Notes under the pieces: generated by a model
Databases searched by the model: none
Seen by the model: the letters and a program-made list of their open reading frames with translations, nothing else
What the model was told of the DNA's origin: nothing
Program-made: the position numbers and the translations under genes
Origin: the human T2T-CHM13v2.0 reference genome, Homo sapiens
Direction: 5' to 3' (one strand)
Length of the DNA stretch: 64,000 nt
Assembly: GCF_009914755.1 (NCBI RefSeq)
Contig: NC_060929.1
Shown here: one piece after another, positions 33,722 to 63,889 of the stretch
How the letters are laid out: each line of letters begins with the position of its first letter
Position numbering within the stretch: the stretch's first letter is position 1

Positions 33722-34267
33722 CTACAGGGTAGCAGGGCAGGAAGGATGGTTCAAGAAGAGCTCCCTGGCAGGCAGTGTGAAATGTGTAGCCCACGTTCCC
33801 TTGGTCTTCCATTCTGAGGAATGGACCAGAGCTACACCAAGCCTAAACCCTGGACTTCAGCCATGATGGGAGGGGAGGGGAGGGTACGGGTAAGGGTAGT
33901 CCAGCTGTTCAGCTACGAGACTGCAGCGTTGCGAGTCGAGTTCCAGATTCCAGGCCAGCTCTACCAACAAGCCCCAGTGTCCTCCCTGTGGATGGCTGCT
34001 CAGCTTTCAGGTCTTACCTGCTCCAGCAGGTGAGGACCCAACCTTGACTGCCCCCAGCTAGGTTGAGTCCTCTGCCTCTTTCTTCACAAAGCCCCCTGCA
34101 CTTCTGTCATCACCTGGTCACTTGTCTGTCTCCCACACTAGCCTGGGATCCCCATGGCTTCAGGAGCTGGGTCCAATTGCTCCCCATTGTGGGCCCAGAG
34201 CCTTGCACAGTGCTGGCATAGGACAGACACGCAGTACAAATTTGGGGAGAAAAAAAGGGTGTCTTGA

Positions 34268-34612
<345 letters not shown>

Positions 34613-34799
34613 AGCCTGTTTATCTCAAAAATGCAGAGGCCAGACTACATATAACATTTAAGGGTCACCCTTGTATTCAGTAATCCAGAGAGCACATGTT
34701 GAAAGTCTGCCATGAGCCAGGTATACAGGCCTTGGAGCTTGGCCCGGCCAGGGTCCTGGGTGGGCAGGCAGGACCACCCAGCTAGCTCCCTGCACTCAC

Positions 34800-34862
34800 C
34801 TGGAGCAGGTGCATCACATGGTCCTCTGTCATGTTGCCATACTTGGTGGCATTCTGCATGGG
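34800..34862 (-). CDS. CD74: CD74 exon 4, 63 nt
   Basis: cag|CCCATG...CTCCAG|gtgagt; [21 protein letters not shown] with two N-glycosylation sequons. Confidence 0.95.
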
Positions 34863-35421
34863 CTGTGGGAGGAAGTAACAGAAGGTTACCAGAGCTGGTC
34901 CCTGGAGCAGGGGGTATGGAGCAGGAGCCGGTTGCTGGGATCTAGGTAAGAGACTGGAATCGCAGGCACTTGGTCAATGGTTCCATCTCTGCCACCTCCA
35001 AACATGAGAGCTCGAGCAAGTCACTTTAGCTTCCTGCCTCAATGTCCTCATTGGTCAAACTGGCATAAGCTTTCCTGCCCAGGGTTTTGTCCACAGCACA
35101 GTATTGTGAATATAAATATTGTCAATGCATGATAGCAAGGTCTTTGAGAATGGGAGAGGACAGTGAGATGCTATAGGAAATGAGAAGCACTTTGTAAACT
35201 GTAGAGGGCTGAGCCTTCCTCCCAGGGATGGCACCAAGAGACTCTTCACCTGTGCCCTCCACACCTGGGGAGCCCGATTCTTCCTGAGGCAGGCACTGTC
35301 CCTCCCGCAGCAGTCAGGACCCCTCCCCAGGTGGGCTCTCTTCCCTGCCCCTCCCCTTGGCACTGTCCTCCATCCAGGCGGGATAACCTTGCCCCTCCCA
35401 CCACCCTGGGGCTGTCCTTAC

Positions 35422-35501
35422 CCCCTGGGGCAGGGCTCCCATGGGCAGCGCCTGCATCAGCAGCGGGGTGGCCATGCGCATCTTGCTCACAGGCTTGGGA
35501 G
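35422..35501 (-). CDS. CD74: CD74 exon 3 (CLIP), 80 nt
   Basis: [26 protein letters not shown]; donor GGG|gtaagg. Confidence 0.97.
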
Positions 35502-35692
35502 CTGTGGGGACAGGAACGAGGGTAAGTGTGGCCCCGGTGCCCAGGGAGGAGGGTATCAGACCCAGATGAGGAAGGGCTGGAATTCCAAACCGGAGGGAGA
35601 GGACAGTGGGCCCAGCTGGGTGCAGGGATGCGGGTCTCTGAGTTGAGGGATGGTGGGAGGTGGGGGGTATCAGGATGTAGGGGTGCACGCAC

Positions 35693-35865
35693 GCTTGGGA
35701 AGCTTCATGCGCAGGTTCTCCAGCTGCAGGTTCTGGGAGGTGACTGTCAGTTTGTCCAGCCGGCCCTGCTGCTGGTACAGGAAGTAGGCGGTGGTGGCCT
35801 GGCCAGCGAGGAGCAGAGTCACCAGGATGGAAAAGCCTGTGTACAGGGCTCCGCGGCTGCACTTG
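35693..35865 (-). CDS. CD74: CD74 exon 2 (signal-anchor TM), 173 nt
   Basis: [57 protein letters not shown]. Confidence 0.95.
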
Positions 35866-36274
35866 CTGTGGGAGGTGGGGAGGATAGGTCAGAGGAGGAT
35901 CCACAGTGGTGGCTGCCCCAAGGGCTGGCTAGGAATGGGGAAATGTATACCCCCATCTCCATTAGACCCCTAAGCCACCCCTAATAAACAATGCATTTGA
36001 AGCACAAACAGTAAGCTGGCTATGGAAACACAGCTTGAAGACCTCACCCCACCCCTCCTTCCAACCATCGATGTGCCTGAAGTCTTCCCTGGCAGAGACC
36101 CTGCAGCTGCCACGGGCCTGAGTTGAACAGAGAAGAGCAAAGAGGCATGCTCTTTGTCCTCTCTGGACCTTAGGGTCCTGCCTGTGCGATGAGGGGTTGA
36201 GGTGGGGGGGTCTTCCCAGGCTCCCTTTGCCGTGCGGATCTCCTGATGATCAGGGCTGCCCTCAAGGGGAACAG

Positions 36275-36280
36275 GTTTGG

Positions 36281-36312
<32 letters not shown>

Positions 36313-36583
36313 GAGACGGAGTCTTGCTCTGTCGCCCAGGCTGGAGTGCAGTGGCGCGATCTCGGCTCACTGCAACCTCCACCTCCTGGGTTTATGCCAT
36401 TCTCCTTCCTCAGCCTCTCCGAGTAGCTGGGACTACAGGCACCCGCCACCACGCCTGGCTAATTATTTTGTATTTTTGATAGAGACGGGGTTTCACCGTG
36501 GTCTCGATCTCCTGATCTCGTGATCCACCCACCTCAGCCTCCCAAAGTGCTGGGATTACAAGCGTGAGTCACCGCGCCCAGCC
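36275..36583 (-). mobile_element. AluY-like element with 12-bp left-arm deletion
   Basis: GGGTTTCACCGTGGTCTCGATCTCC. Confidence 0.85.
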
Positions 36584-37289
36584 TTTTGTTTTGTTTTTTT
36601 TTTCTGCTGGCAGGATCAACCAGGTATGTTATTTTTTTTAATTGACAAAACCAAAAAAAATTGTATGTGCTTACCAAGTAAGGGGAAGAGGGTTTTCACC
36701 CCTCTGCCCAACCTCCCACCCTCACAGTGAAATCAGATTTAAGGAGAAAAGGTAAGGAAGTGGGACCGGGACAGCAGAAAATGTAGCCCACCTGGGAAGA
36801 AGTGGGGCCTGGCCATTTTAGGAGTGGGCTGGGGGAGGCTTGGACAATGTCAGGCTGAAGCAGGGCCAGGCACCACCCACTCTGGGGCCATCCTCTGCCC
36901 AGGCTCTCCATGTCTTTGAGCATGTCCCTGCCAATCTCTGTGCCTCTGTTCCCTCATTTGTCACATAGGTGCCCCCACCTCTGCGATTCTAGAATTTGGT
37001 GGGTTTCTTCTTTTAAGCAAGATCTCACTGCAAGCGCCAAAGTATTTCAAATGGTAATATCCATCCTGCAGGGGGTGGGCAGGAGTATAGGTGCCTGAGC
37101 CTGTGTGGCCTGGATGAATTTCTCATGCTCCCTGGACTCACCATCCAGACCCTCGGACCTCAGCAAGCCCTTGTATCTGTGGGACTTGGATGCGACTGGG
37201 GGGTGCATGCATATGTTACAGTACAGGGGATGTAAGGATCCTGCCCCTACACCCCAGGAGTTTCTGATCTGTTCTTTGACGACCCCAGG

Positions 37290-38386
<1,097 letters not shown>

Positions 38387-38454
38387 AGACCCATTGGGAA
38401 CTGCAAGGATGAGGCTGCACCCTGCCTACTCCAGCAACCAGCAAGGATGGTTTA

Positions 38455-38520
38455 GGACGCTCCAGGAGTCCCTTGTGCCTGGTAACTCATGACATCACAG
38501 ACTGGCTCATTCTCATTGGC
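38455..38520 (+). promoter_or_regulatory. Intronic S-X-X2-Y (RFX/CREB/NF-Y/CIITA-type) module in CD74 intron 1
   Basis: GGACGCT, 16 nt, CCTGGTAACTCA-TGACATCA, then CTCATTGGC with ATTGG 37 nt after the X start. Confidence 0.8.
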
Positions 38521-39249
38521 TTGCTGCGTGCCAGTCTGTGCTTTCTGGGATAAGGCCCAGCCCAAGGGAGAGTTATTCGGGAAGGAAACAGCAAAAACCC
38601 GACGGTGGGCGGGGGGCGGGGGGGAAGTGGGGAGACCAGACAGGAAGGGAAAACAAATTCTACTTCTTGGCCTTCTCAAGGAACACGGGTGGCCTAGCCT
38701 GTGTTCAGGCTCTCCAGCCTCATCCTCCACCTGTTCAGTGCTTCTGCAACCCCACACCCAATTCTAGCCCCAGCTCTACCTCCCACACACGACATGGGAC
38801 AGTACCTTCCCCTCTCTGCACCACAGTTCCTCAGGAGGCCTAAGAACCTAGAGATTCACCCTGAAGACGAGACCACATAACCTGGATTGGAATCCTGGCT
38901 CTGGAGTCGGTTAGTTCTGGGACCATCTAAGTTGATTAACCCTCTGTGTGAGTAAAATCGGGTAAAACATCTGCTCCAAGGGCTGTTACATTAAATAAGA
39001 TGATGAGGGTAAAGCTCTTGGCTCCACACCTAGCACATTGTTAGCACTCTATAAATAAATTACACTCAGTGCAATTCTCAGGGGAGTTCGTAGTTAAGTT
39101 TAGCATCTGCTTTTCTTCCTCTTTATGCATCTTGAACGCCTGTCCCCTGGTTCTGGTAGAGTGCCAACTCTTGTCACCCCCCTCTTTATTTCCTCATTTA
39201 CACTACCTTCTTCTGCAATTAAAAAAAAAAAAAAAAAAGCCAAAGTCAG

Positions 39250-39317
39250 GAGCCAACCAGAGCTAGCAGGAATCGTGACACAGATGTTGCCAGGCAGAAG
39301 CATTCACAAAAGCCTCC
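39250..39317 (-). promoter_or_regulatory. Second intronic S-X-X2-Y-like module in CD74 intron 1
   Basis: Minus strand: GGAGGCT, 16 nt, CCTGGCAACATC-TGTGTCA, then CTGGTTGGCT at the same +37 spacing. Confidence 0.65.
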
Positions 39318-40499
39318 AAAACAGGCTCCAGTCTGGAATGGCCTAAGCACACATAGCCAGCTTTAGAAGCAGTAACTGAATAAAGGGAAAACTAGACAAG
39401 GATTAGACAAGGGGACATGCACTCTGAACACTGAGCCCACCTGGGTCTGTAAATCACTGAGTGGTCTGAGCTCAGAGGGGTCTCACCTCCCCTTCCCACA
39501 AAATGCACCTCTGAAAGGGGGCCAAATGGTGGAGTGAGCTAACACTTTGATGTCAGACTAGTCCTGGTTCAAATTCTGCCTCCAACCACTCACTAGCTAT
39601 GATTACTTGGGTAAGTCACTTACCAATATGACCTCAATTTCCTCTTCTGTAAAAAGGGACAACAAAAGTACCTGATTCATAGGGTGACTGTAAGAATTAA
39701 AATTGAGTTTAGCCTTTACGTATGTAAATAATCACAGTACTAACTAACAGTGGCTGAGGCCTGGTGACAGGTACACAGTGGATGAGAACTATTATGGCTA
39801 TTATATTATTACTGAGACTCAGGGAGAGGCAGTGATTTATCCAAGGTCACGCGTGGCCTAGACCTGAATCCATTCCTCACAAAACAGTCTCCCTCCTTGC
39901 CATGGGATTCCCTGGGGTTTTCACAGGCCACAGCTCTAATGGTCTGCAGCAGGTTACCTTGTTCCCCAGAACATAGCTTGTCATAACATCTCTGCAGGGT
40001 TCTCCCAAACCCCTTTCTGCCTGGCAACAGCTGACATCACACCTAGCTGTAAGTCCCTGTAGATCGCAAATTACTTTTTGGAGACTGGGGGTAGCAGGGG
40101 CATTGGGGTAATAGCCTTCTAGCCCTTTTTGAGGGAAACACATGGGTGAGGCTATTTTGGGGCTGGGAAGTGGGGGCCTGGTGTCCCCTGGATGGCTGTG
40201 CTGGCCTCTGGCTGCAAGGGAGAGGGGCACAGGCAAGGACATGACCCCCGTCAACCCTGAGCCCCCTCCAGAAATTTAACCAGAGCCTGTCCCTCCTTTC
40301 TTGCCTGCCCCCAACATCTCACAATCCCTCCTGTGATGGCAGATGTCTCCATCTACTCTACAGACACCTGCAACTATCATTCCCTTGATCCGTGGTAATT
40401 AGGAGGGAACTCCTCTGTGAAGAACTGCTTCTACCATCCTCTTTTAGAAACTCTTTCTCCACTGGGATCTTGAACATTTTCAAAATCTGGTGCAAGGTC

Positions 40500-40806
40500 T
40501 TTATTTATTTATTTATTTTTTTTGAGACAGAGTGTCACTGTGTCACCCAGGGTGGGGTACAGTTGCACAATCTTGGCTCACTGCAACCTCTGCCTCCCAG
40601 GTTGAAGTGATTCTCATGTCTCAACCTCCCAAGTAGGTGGGATTACAGGTGTACACCACCACATCTGGCTAATTTTTGTATTTTTAGTAGAGATGGGGTT
40701 TCAACATGTTGGCCAGGCTGGTCTCGAACTCCTGGCCTCAGCTGATCTGCCCGCCTCAGCCTCCCAAAGTGCTGGGATTACAGGCGGGAGCCACCAGGCA
40801 CAGCCT
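40500..40806 (-). mobile_element. AluS in CD74 intron 1
   Basis: Antisense Alu consensus motifs. Confidence 0.85.
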
Positions 40807-41165
40807 GTTCCAAGGCCTTTAACCTAGCATTCACAGCCCAGCTTTAGTGGGATCTCAAAGCCCCTGCATAGCATGTGAAACTCTAGGGAGAGAACCCATG
40901 CTCTCTTCTGCTTTTCAGAAGGAGGCGGTGTGATGCAAGGAAAGTTACAAACTCCTGCTCTTAAAGGAACCCCCTCATTTGACAAGAGAGGGAGCCGGAG
41001 CCCAGAGCAGGCCAAAGACTTGCTCAAAATCACCCAAAAAGTCAATGTTAGAGTCAGAGCCTGAATCCCTCTTTCCTGTGACTCCTGGCCGGTGCTTCTT
41101 CCCAGCACATGCGCACGGCTCTGCAGTCCAGGATCGGTGTGCCCTTTCCTGGTGCTCACACATAC

Positions 41166-41290
41166 CTCTCCGGGGCCCCAGGGCGCCGGCCCAGCATGGG
41201 CAGTTGCTCATTGTTGGAGATAAGGTCGCGCTGGTCATCCATGACTGGCTTCTGATCTTCCCGACAGCTCCTGCTTCTCCTCCTGTGCAT
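41166..41290 (-). CDS. CD74: CD74 exon 1 coding part; p35/p43 ATG at 41290, p33/p41 ATG at 41242
   Basis: [41 protein letters not shown]; donor AG|gtatgt. Confidence 0.97.
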
Positions 41291-41314
41291 CTGGGACCCT
41301 GACCCCCCGGCTCG

Positions 41315-41560
41315 CCTCTTAAAGTCGGTGCTGGAGAGGAATCTGATTCGTCCACAGAAGGCCACTCCGCCCACTTGGTAGATGTGGAAGTGAAAGCTAC
41401 AAAGGCTGGAAATACCCCACTTTGGTGAAGCTGCCTTTTGCGGGGCAGGATGTGGGGCGGGGGGGCTCCCCAGGCAGGTAGAAAGGCCAGCACGATCCCA
41501 TTGGCTGCCCAGGGCCCTCATCACTTGTTTCTGGGCAGGCCTTTGGATTCATAAGGCTCT
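41315..41560 (-). promoter_or_regulatory. CD74: CD74 promoter and upstream enhancer
   Basis: TTTAA ~41319-41323; GC box 41367-41372; Ets-IRF element GGAAGTGAAA 41386-41395; kB-like GGGGTATTTCC 41408-41418 and GGGGAGCCCCC 41461-41471; CCAAT 41500-41504; X/X2 box CCCAGAAACAAGTGATGAG 41517-41535. Confidence 0.85.
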
Positions 41561-42556
41561 TTGAATGTTTCAAGAAACAGGCAAATGTCCACTCCCTAGA
41601 CAGGAAAGCACTTTGAAACAGAAGACACCTTTGTTTGTCTCCCCTTCTCATCCACAGATGAGTGGGTGCAGAAAGGGGCTGTGCACCCTTGGTGAGCTCA
41701 GACAAGTCCTCTTCTCTGGCCTCCGTTATGTCGTCTCAAACACGCAGGAGGAAGTTTGGACGACGTGCAGGGGTGAAAACATTTCTTTTCTTTCCCTGTT
41801 TAGGTTCTTAGTTGACACGCTCCCCTGGAAACAAAAGTCAACTTAACAAAAGAAAAATCAGCCAAAGTTGATTAACACATGCTGTACCCATTATGCAGTA
41901 GAGGCCTCAGTTGAGAAGTATTTCTCTCTCAAGGCAGTGGCTTAGGGGCCTTGCTTAAATAGTATTTTAACAAAGAGCCGTAAGTCCCATAGAGTGACAG
42001 GACAGAGAAGAGGATATCTTCAGGGTTCCAAAGGGCTGGAAATGTGGGAAGGTGAATGTATGGGAACAGTCAAGTCTGATCCAGGATCCTCTGAGCTCTG
42101 CTTCTGAGCTGATCAAGACAGAGAGAAGGGGCAGAGGGTGCCCCTGGGTTTTAACCTTTTACCTTTAACTAAAATCCGCAGGTTTTTAGAGAGGAATATT
42201 TTGATTTCCTTCAAACCTAAGAGTCCATGGTTTTAAGGCTCTGGCACTCAGACTTGCCTCCACTTACCAAGCTCTCCTTCGTGCCAGGCACGTTGTCCAT
42301 GCTTTGTTTCCTGTGATCTTTACGGAGGCCCTTTGAGGAGTGTTTTATCATCTCCATTTACAGATAGGGACACAGGGGCTCTTGTCCAGGATCACACCTC
42401 CAGAAAGTAGTAGCGCCTGCATTTTTAACCACTCCACCCCTCTGCCTCCTTGTGTGGTTCAGATCCAGGAGAATGGGGGCCTGTGCTGGGAGGGAAGAGG
42501 ACAGCCTGGGAAAGGGTGCCTGGGAGGATGGGACTGTGTTGGCAAGGCTCCTGTGC

Positions 42557-43990
<1,434 letters not shown>

Positions 43991-44212
43991 ACCATATTTG
44001 TTTTATTAATCTTTATGTATTGTGTGTGCTTTACAATTTGCATTAATAAATTTTTTTTAATAAATTTAGACTTGTGGTTCGAAGGTTCAATGAGTTTTGG
44101 ATTTCAAGAGTCAAATGAGATAGTACATGTATTTTGGGAGGAGAGCGAAGAGCAGACATGGCCTTTGATGTGGCCAGACCTGAGTTCAAATCCCAAGTCA
44201 GAAACATCCTAG

Positions 44213-44489
<277 letters not shown>

Positions 44490-44679
44490 TGATCCGCCTG
44501 CCTTGGCCTCCCAAAGTGCTGGGATTACAGGCGTGAGCCACCACGCCTGGCCCCTCAACCTTTCTGATTTTGCTTTCTGCTTTGTAATGCAGGGATGGTA
44601 ATACTAGCCTTGCAGAGCTGTTAGACTAAATAAGCATTTAGCCAGAGCCTCGCACCATAGAAGATGCTGAAGATATGAA

Positions 44680-48010
<3,331 letters not shown>

Positions 48011-49243
48011 TGAAGATTGTAATGATGGATAGAGCACACATTTACTTTTGCTTCCTCTCTCACTTTGCTTTTGTCACTAAAATGACCATAGGTTGTTTTA
48101 AGTGTAAATCTACAAGAACAAAGAGAACAGGAGATGAGAAAACAATAGAATTTGAGAAGCAGGAAAGCAGGTGAGCAAGTGTTAAGTCCCTTAGTAGACC
48201 CCAAAAAAACTGCATCCTAAACCTGCGGCTAGAAAAGCTGAGAAGCCACGTAGTTAGGTGGCAGAACAGACTCAGGAACTGGTGTGTCGGGTACCTGGGT
48301 GGTGAGTAGAGGTGGGGCTAAAAAGAGGAAGGTAGTTTGGAAGTCTGTTTCTGAGGCAGTGAGATACCCACGCCCTCTCCCTCCCCGAGGGCCACCCGTC
48401 CCCCTCCTTGAGGGACAATTGCAAGTGTCTTTCCCAGACAAATAAAGAACGTGAGCCTGGTACTGAAGCTGAGAGGCCCAGTGTTCTCCCCTACCCACAG
48501 TGTGAAAGCCAGGCCTTCACCCAAGCCACAGCCTGGAGGAAGCTTCTCTGTGGAGCATGACCATCCCAGGAAAAAAAGGCCTCAGGACTCTGACACTGGG
48601 AATTTCCTGATGAAACAACTCAACCAGAATACCCTATAGGAAGCCCTTGGTGGATAAGTCCTACTCATGGGTCACAGCTGTCTTAGACAATCAGGTTTTT
48701 TAGATAATCCAGAATCCTGGGACATCTAAAGAAAGCCTTTAACATAAAAGAGAGTGAACAAAACAACCACACAGAAAAAAAAAAAAAAGCACTATGGAGG
48801 AAATGAACTGTCATTAATAGCCCTAGGGAGAAAAAGGAGGATACTGCACCCATGAAACAAGAATAGGATGCTATAAAAGTATAAGTAGTATAGAAGAACA
48901 AAGCATAGCTCTTGAAGATTTAAAATATGAGGGCAGATATTAAACAGTCAATAGATGGAAGATAAAGTGTTTTTTTAAAATCTCCCAAAGTGTGGACCAC
49001 AAAGATAAATTTAAAAATCAGACAGAAAAGATAAGAGAATTAAACACCAGTCCAGGAGGCCCAACAGCCAAATACCAAGTTCCAGAAATAGAGAACAGAA
49101 AATATAGAGGGGAAGAAATCATCAGTGAAATAAGTCAATACATTTTCCAGAACTCAAGGACATAAATTTCCAAACTGAAGAGGCCCAGTGAGCACTGAGG
49201 ACAAGGTGTGAAAGCAATTTCACAGCAAGGGATGCTGTTGTGA

Positions 49244-55663
<6,420 letters not shown>

Positions 55664-57450
55664 TAAGTCAAACCACTTACCAGATGTATGATTTTTAGCA
55701 AGTTACTTAAATCCTTTGTGCCTCAGTTTCCTCACCTGTAAAATGGGCATGCTAATAGAACCCATCTCATTGGGTTGCGAAAGGATTGAGTGAAGTAATA
55801 CACACATGGCTGGCATAGAGACAGCGTGCAATACATGTCAGAGAGTTCAGCAATATGTTCTTTTCCATAAACCTGTTCATTCTGAATCTGGGACCCTGTG
55901 CATGTTCAGAGATTTGGAGCTGCTCAACAGAGCCAGAGGGAGCCTCATCCTCCCTCTCTGGACTTTCCTGGGGGTCTCATCTCGGGAGTCTCATCCCTGG
56001 TGTCACCCCTGAGCTAGTCTGAGTGACTCTCTAAGATGCCTGCCCTCTTTTGGTCTGGACACTCCAGGCCCCAGAGGTGTGAGTTCCTACCAGTTCACCC
56101 TGGGTGAGCCGGGCAGGTGGAGTCTCCTGAGACCTCCCCTTCCCCATTCTCCTTCTTGGTCCCTGAGTCCCTGATGAGCTGCCTCAAGAAGCAGGCAGGC
56201 AGTGTGCACCCAGCCCTGCCCACCAGCCCACATGGCCCAGCCCACCCATCTTGTGTGGGGCCTCTTGGACCCCAGTACACCTTGGCCACGAATAAGGGGC
56301 TGGAAAGGGGGCTGTTTGTGTGGAGGGAGCAGGCCTGGGCTCTAGTCCTATACCTTCCATATGTGCCCCAGGCAAGTATACATCATCCCTTCTCTCACTT
56401 GTTCAGCAGTTATTTATTGAATACTTTATGCCAGGCACTGTTCTAGGAGCTTGGGATACATGGATGAACAAGGCAGACAAGTATCCCCATCCGTATGGAG
56501 TTTACATTCCAGGGGCAGGAGACAGGTCAGTAAATTATACTTTTGTTAGAGAGTGGTAAGTGCTATGGAGGAAAGGAAAGTTGTTTCTGGAGATGCAGGG
56601 TTGGGGGCAGGTTGTAGTCTTTGATAGGGTGTTGGGATGGGCCTCATTGACAAGGTGAGATTTGAGCATAGGCCTGAAGGAGGGGAGGAAGTTCACCAAG
56701 CCCACAACCGGGCAGAAATCACAGCCAGAGCAGAGGTCCCATGGTGGGAATGTGTCCGGCCTGGTTGACGAACCACAAGGAGGCCAGCATTGCTGGGGTG
56801 GAGCGACTGAGAGGAAAAGGGAGAGGGAGGGACAGACGGGAGGTCACGAGGTGTGCAGCCAGATCCTGCAGCCACCCACTGGACTTTGGCTTTATGCCGA
56901 GTGAAGCCGGGAGCCGTGGGAAGGCTCTGAGCAGAGGAGTCGCCTCCTGACTCTTGCTGTGAAAGGGTGGCTAGGGCTGCTGCGTGGGGGATCTGTACAA
57001 GATGGGCAGATCATCCCCGTGCCTCATGGGCTGCTGTGAAGGTCACGGGGGGACACTGGACAAGGAAATGCTTAGAAACAAAAGGCCCTGACTGTGGTTA
57101 CAGGGCTTCCAGGAGAGAGAGCTGAGTGGCTCTGCTCACAACCGTCTTATTGAAGGGTCAGTGGAGCTCAGGAGAGGGTTATAATTTGCCCAGGGTCATA
57201 TGTTCTACAACCAATTCAAGATCGGGGACTTCCCACTCTTCTCCCAGGGCAAATACCATCTGGCAGGTGGCTAAGTAGTGCAGCCTTTGGACCTGTGATG
57301 GCTGTAGTGCGGCTGACGGGGACTGAGTCCTCCCTTGAAAATCCATTCACTCCACAAATATTTGTTAAGTGCCGGTTATGGGCCAGGCACTGATCTGGAC
57401 TAGAAGCTGGGACCTAGAGATATTGGGAGACACCTGGCAAGGGCTAAGTC

Positions 57451-58015
57451 CTGGTCTCTGGTGGGGCTGGTTTCTGGTGGGGCTGGTCTCTGGTGGGGTT
57501 GGTCTGTCTCTGGTGGGTTTGGTCTGTCTCTGGTGGGGTTGGTCTCGTCTGGTGGGGTTTGGTCTCTGGTGGGGCTGGTCTCTGGTGTGGTTGGTCTCTG
57601 GTGGGGTTGGTCTGTCTCTGGTGGGGTTGGTCTGTCTCTGGTGGGGTTGGTCTCTGGTGGGGTTTGGTCTCTGGTGGGGTTGGTCTGTCTCGGGGCTGGT
57701 CTCTGGTGGGGTTGGGCTCTGGTGGGGTTGGGCTCTGCTGGCGCTGGTCTCTGGTGCGGTTGGTCTGTCTCTAGTGCGGTTGGTCTGTCTTTGGTGGGGT
57801 TTGGTCTCTGGTGGGGTTGGTCTCTAGTGGGGTTGGTCTCTGGTGGGGTTGGGCTCTGGTGGGGTTGGTCTCTGGTAGGGCTGGTCTCTGGTGGGGTTGG
57901 TCTGTCTCTGGTGGGGTTGGTCTCTGGTGGGGTTTGGTCTCTGGTGGGGCTGGTCTCTGGTGGGGTTGGTCTCTGGTGGGGTTGATCTCTGGAGGAGTTG
58001 GTCTCTGGTGGGGCT
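57451..58015 (+). repeat. G/T-rich minisatellite; units of 16 nt (GGTCTCTGGTGGGGTT), 17 nt and 20 nt (GGTCTGTCTCTGGTGGGGTT), ~30 copies
   Basis: Tandem array visible directly; almost no A on the + strand. Confidence 0.95.
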
Positions 58016-58531
58016 CAGTCGGTCTGTGCAGGAGTCAAGTGTTAGAGGCCACACTACTGAAGGCTGGTGTTGGACTTAGGGTCAAGAGTCCATCTGGGGC
58101 TGGGGTCAGGTCACAGCTGGAGTCAGGCAGCCCAGTCAAGAGGCTGTGGAAAGTCAAGCTGGAGAGGCAAGGCCTGCTGGGGGCTGTGGAGGTCAGGAGA
58201 AGGCCACACACCACGGGCCAGACTGTGTATGGTAGGGGTGGGACCAAGGTGCCACTGAGCTTTTACGTTTAGGTGGCAAAGAAGATGATGTCATTCATAA
58301 AAGCAGGAAGGCATTAGTTCATTTGAGGAACAGAAAGAGTGCAGTGCATCTGATGAGCGGGGAGAGGCGTTTCAGATGAAGAGACAGGCTGGGACCAGGT
58401 CATGTAGCCTGGTAGTCTCTTGGGGAATTATTCCAAGAACAATGGGAAGCCCTCAGAGGGCCAGGCAGGAGGTTCTGGGTCTGGTTTGTCTTTGAAAATT
58501 ATGCGTAGCACACAGATTTAAGGGGGCCGGA

Positions 58532-63825
<5,294 letters not shown>

Positions 63826-63889
63826 GAGAATGCATGTAAAACACTCGGCATAGTACCTACCTCAATAAATGTTTGGCATTAATATCTAA

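Noticed and set aside
41291-41524. In-frame ORF extension upstream of the CD74 ATG
   Set aside because: Runs through promoter elements upstream of the likely main TSS
41770-42210. AT-rich, possibly ERV-derived segment upstream of the CD74 promoter
   Set aside because: I could not assign a family or boundaries by eye
57451-58015. CRISPR-like periodicity
   Set aside because: No unique spacers and no cas genes; eukaryotic tandem repeat
57369-58272. Several W/G/L/V-rich ORFs
   Set aside because: Artefacts of an A-free minisatellite
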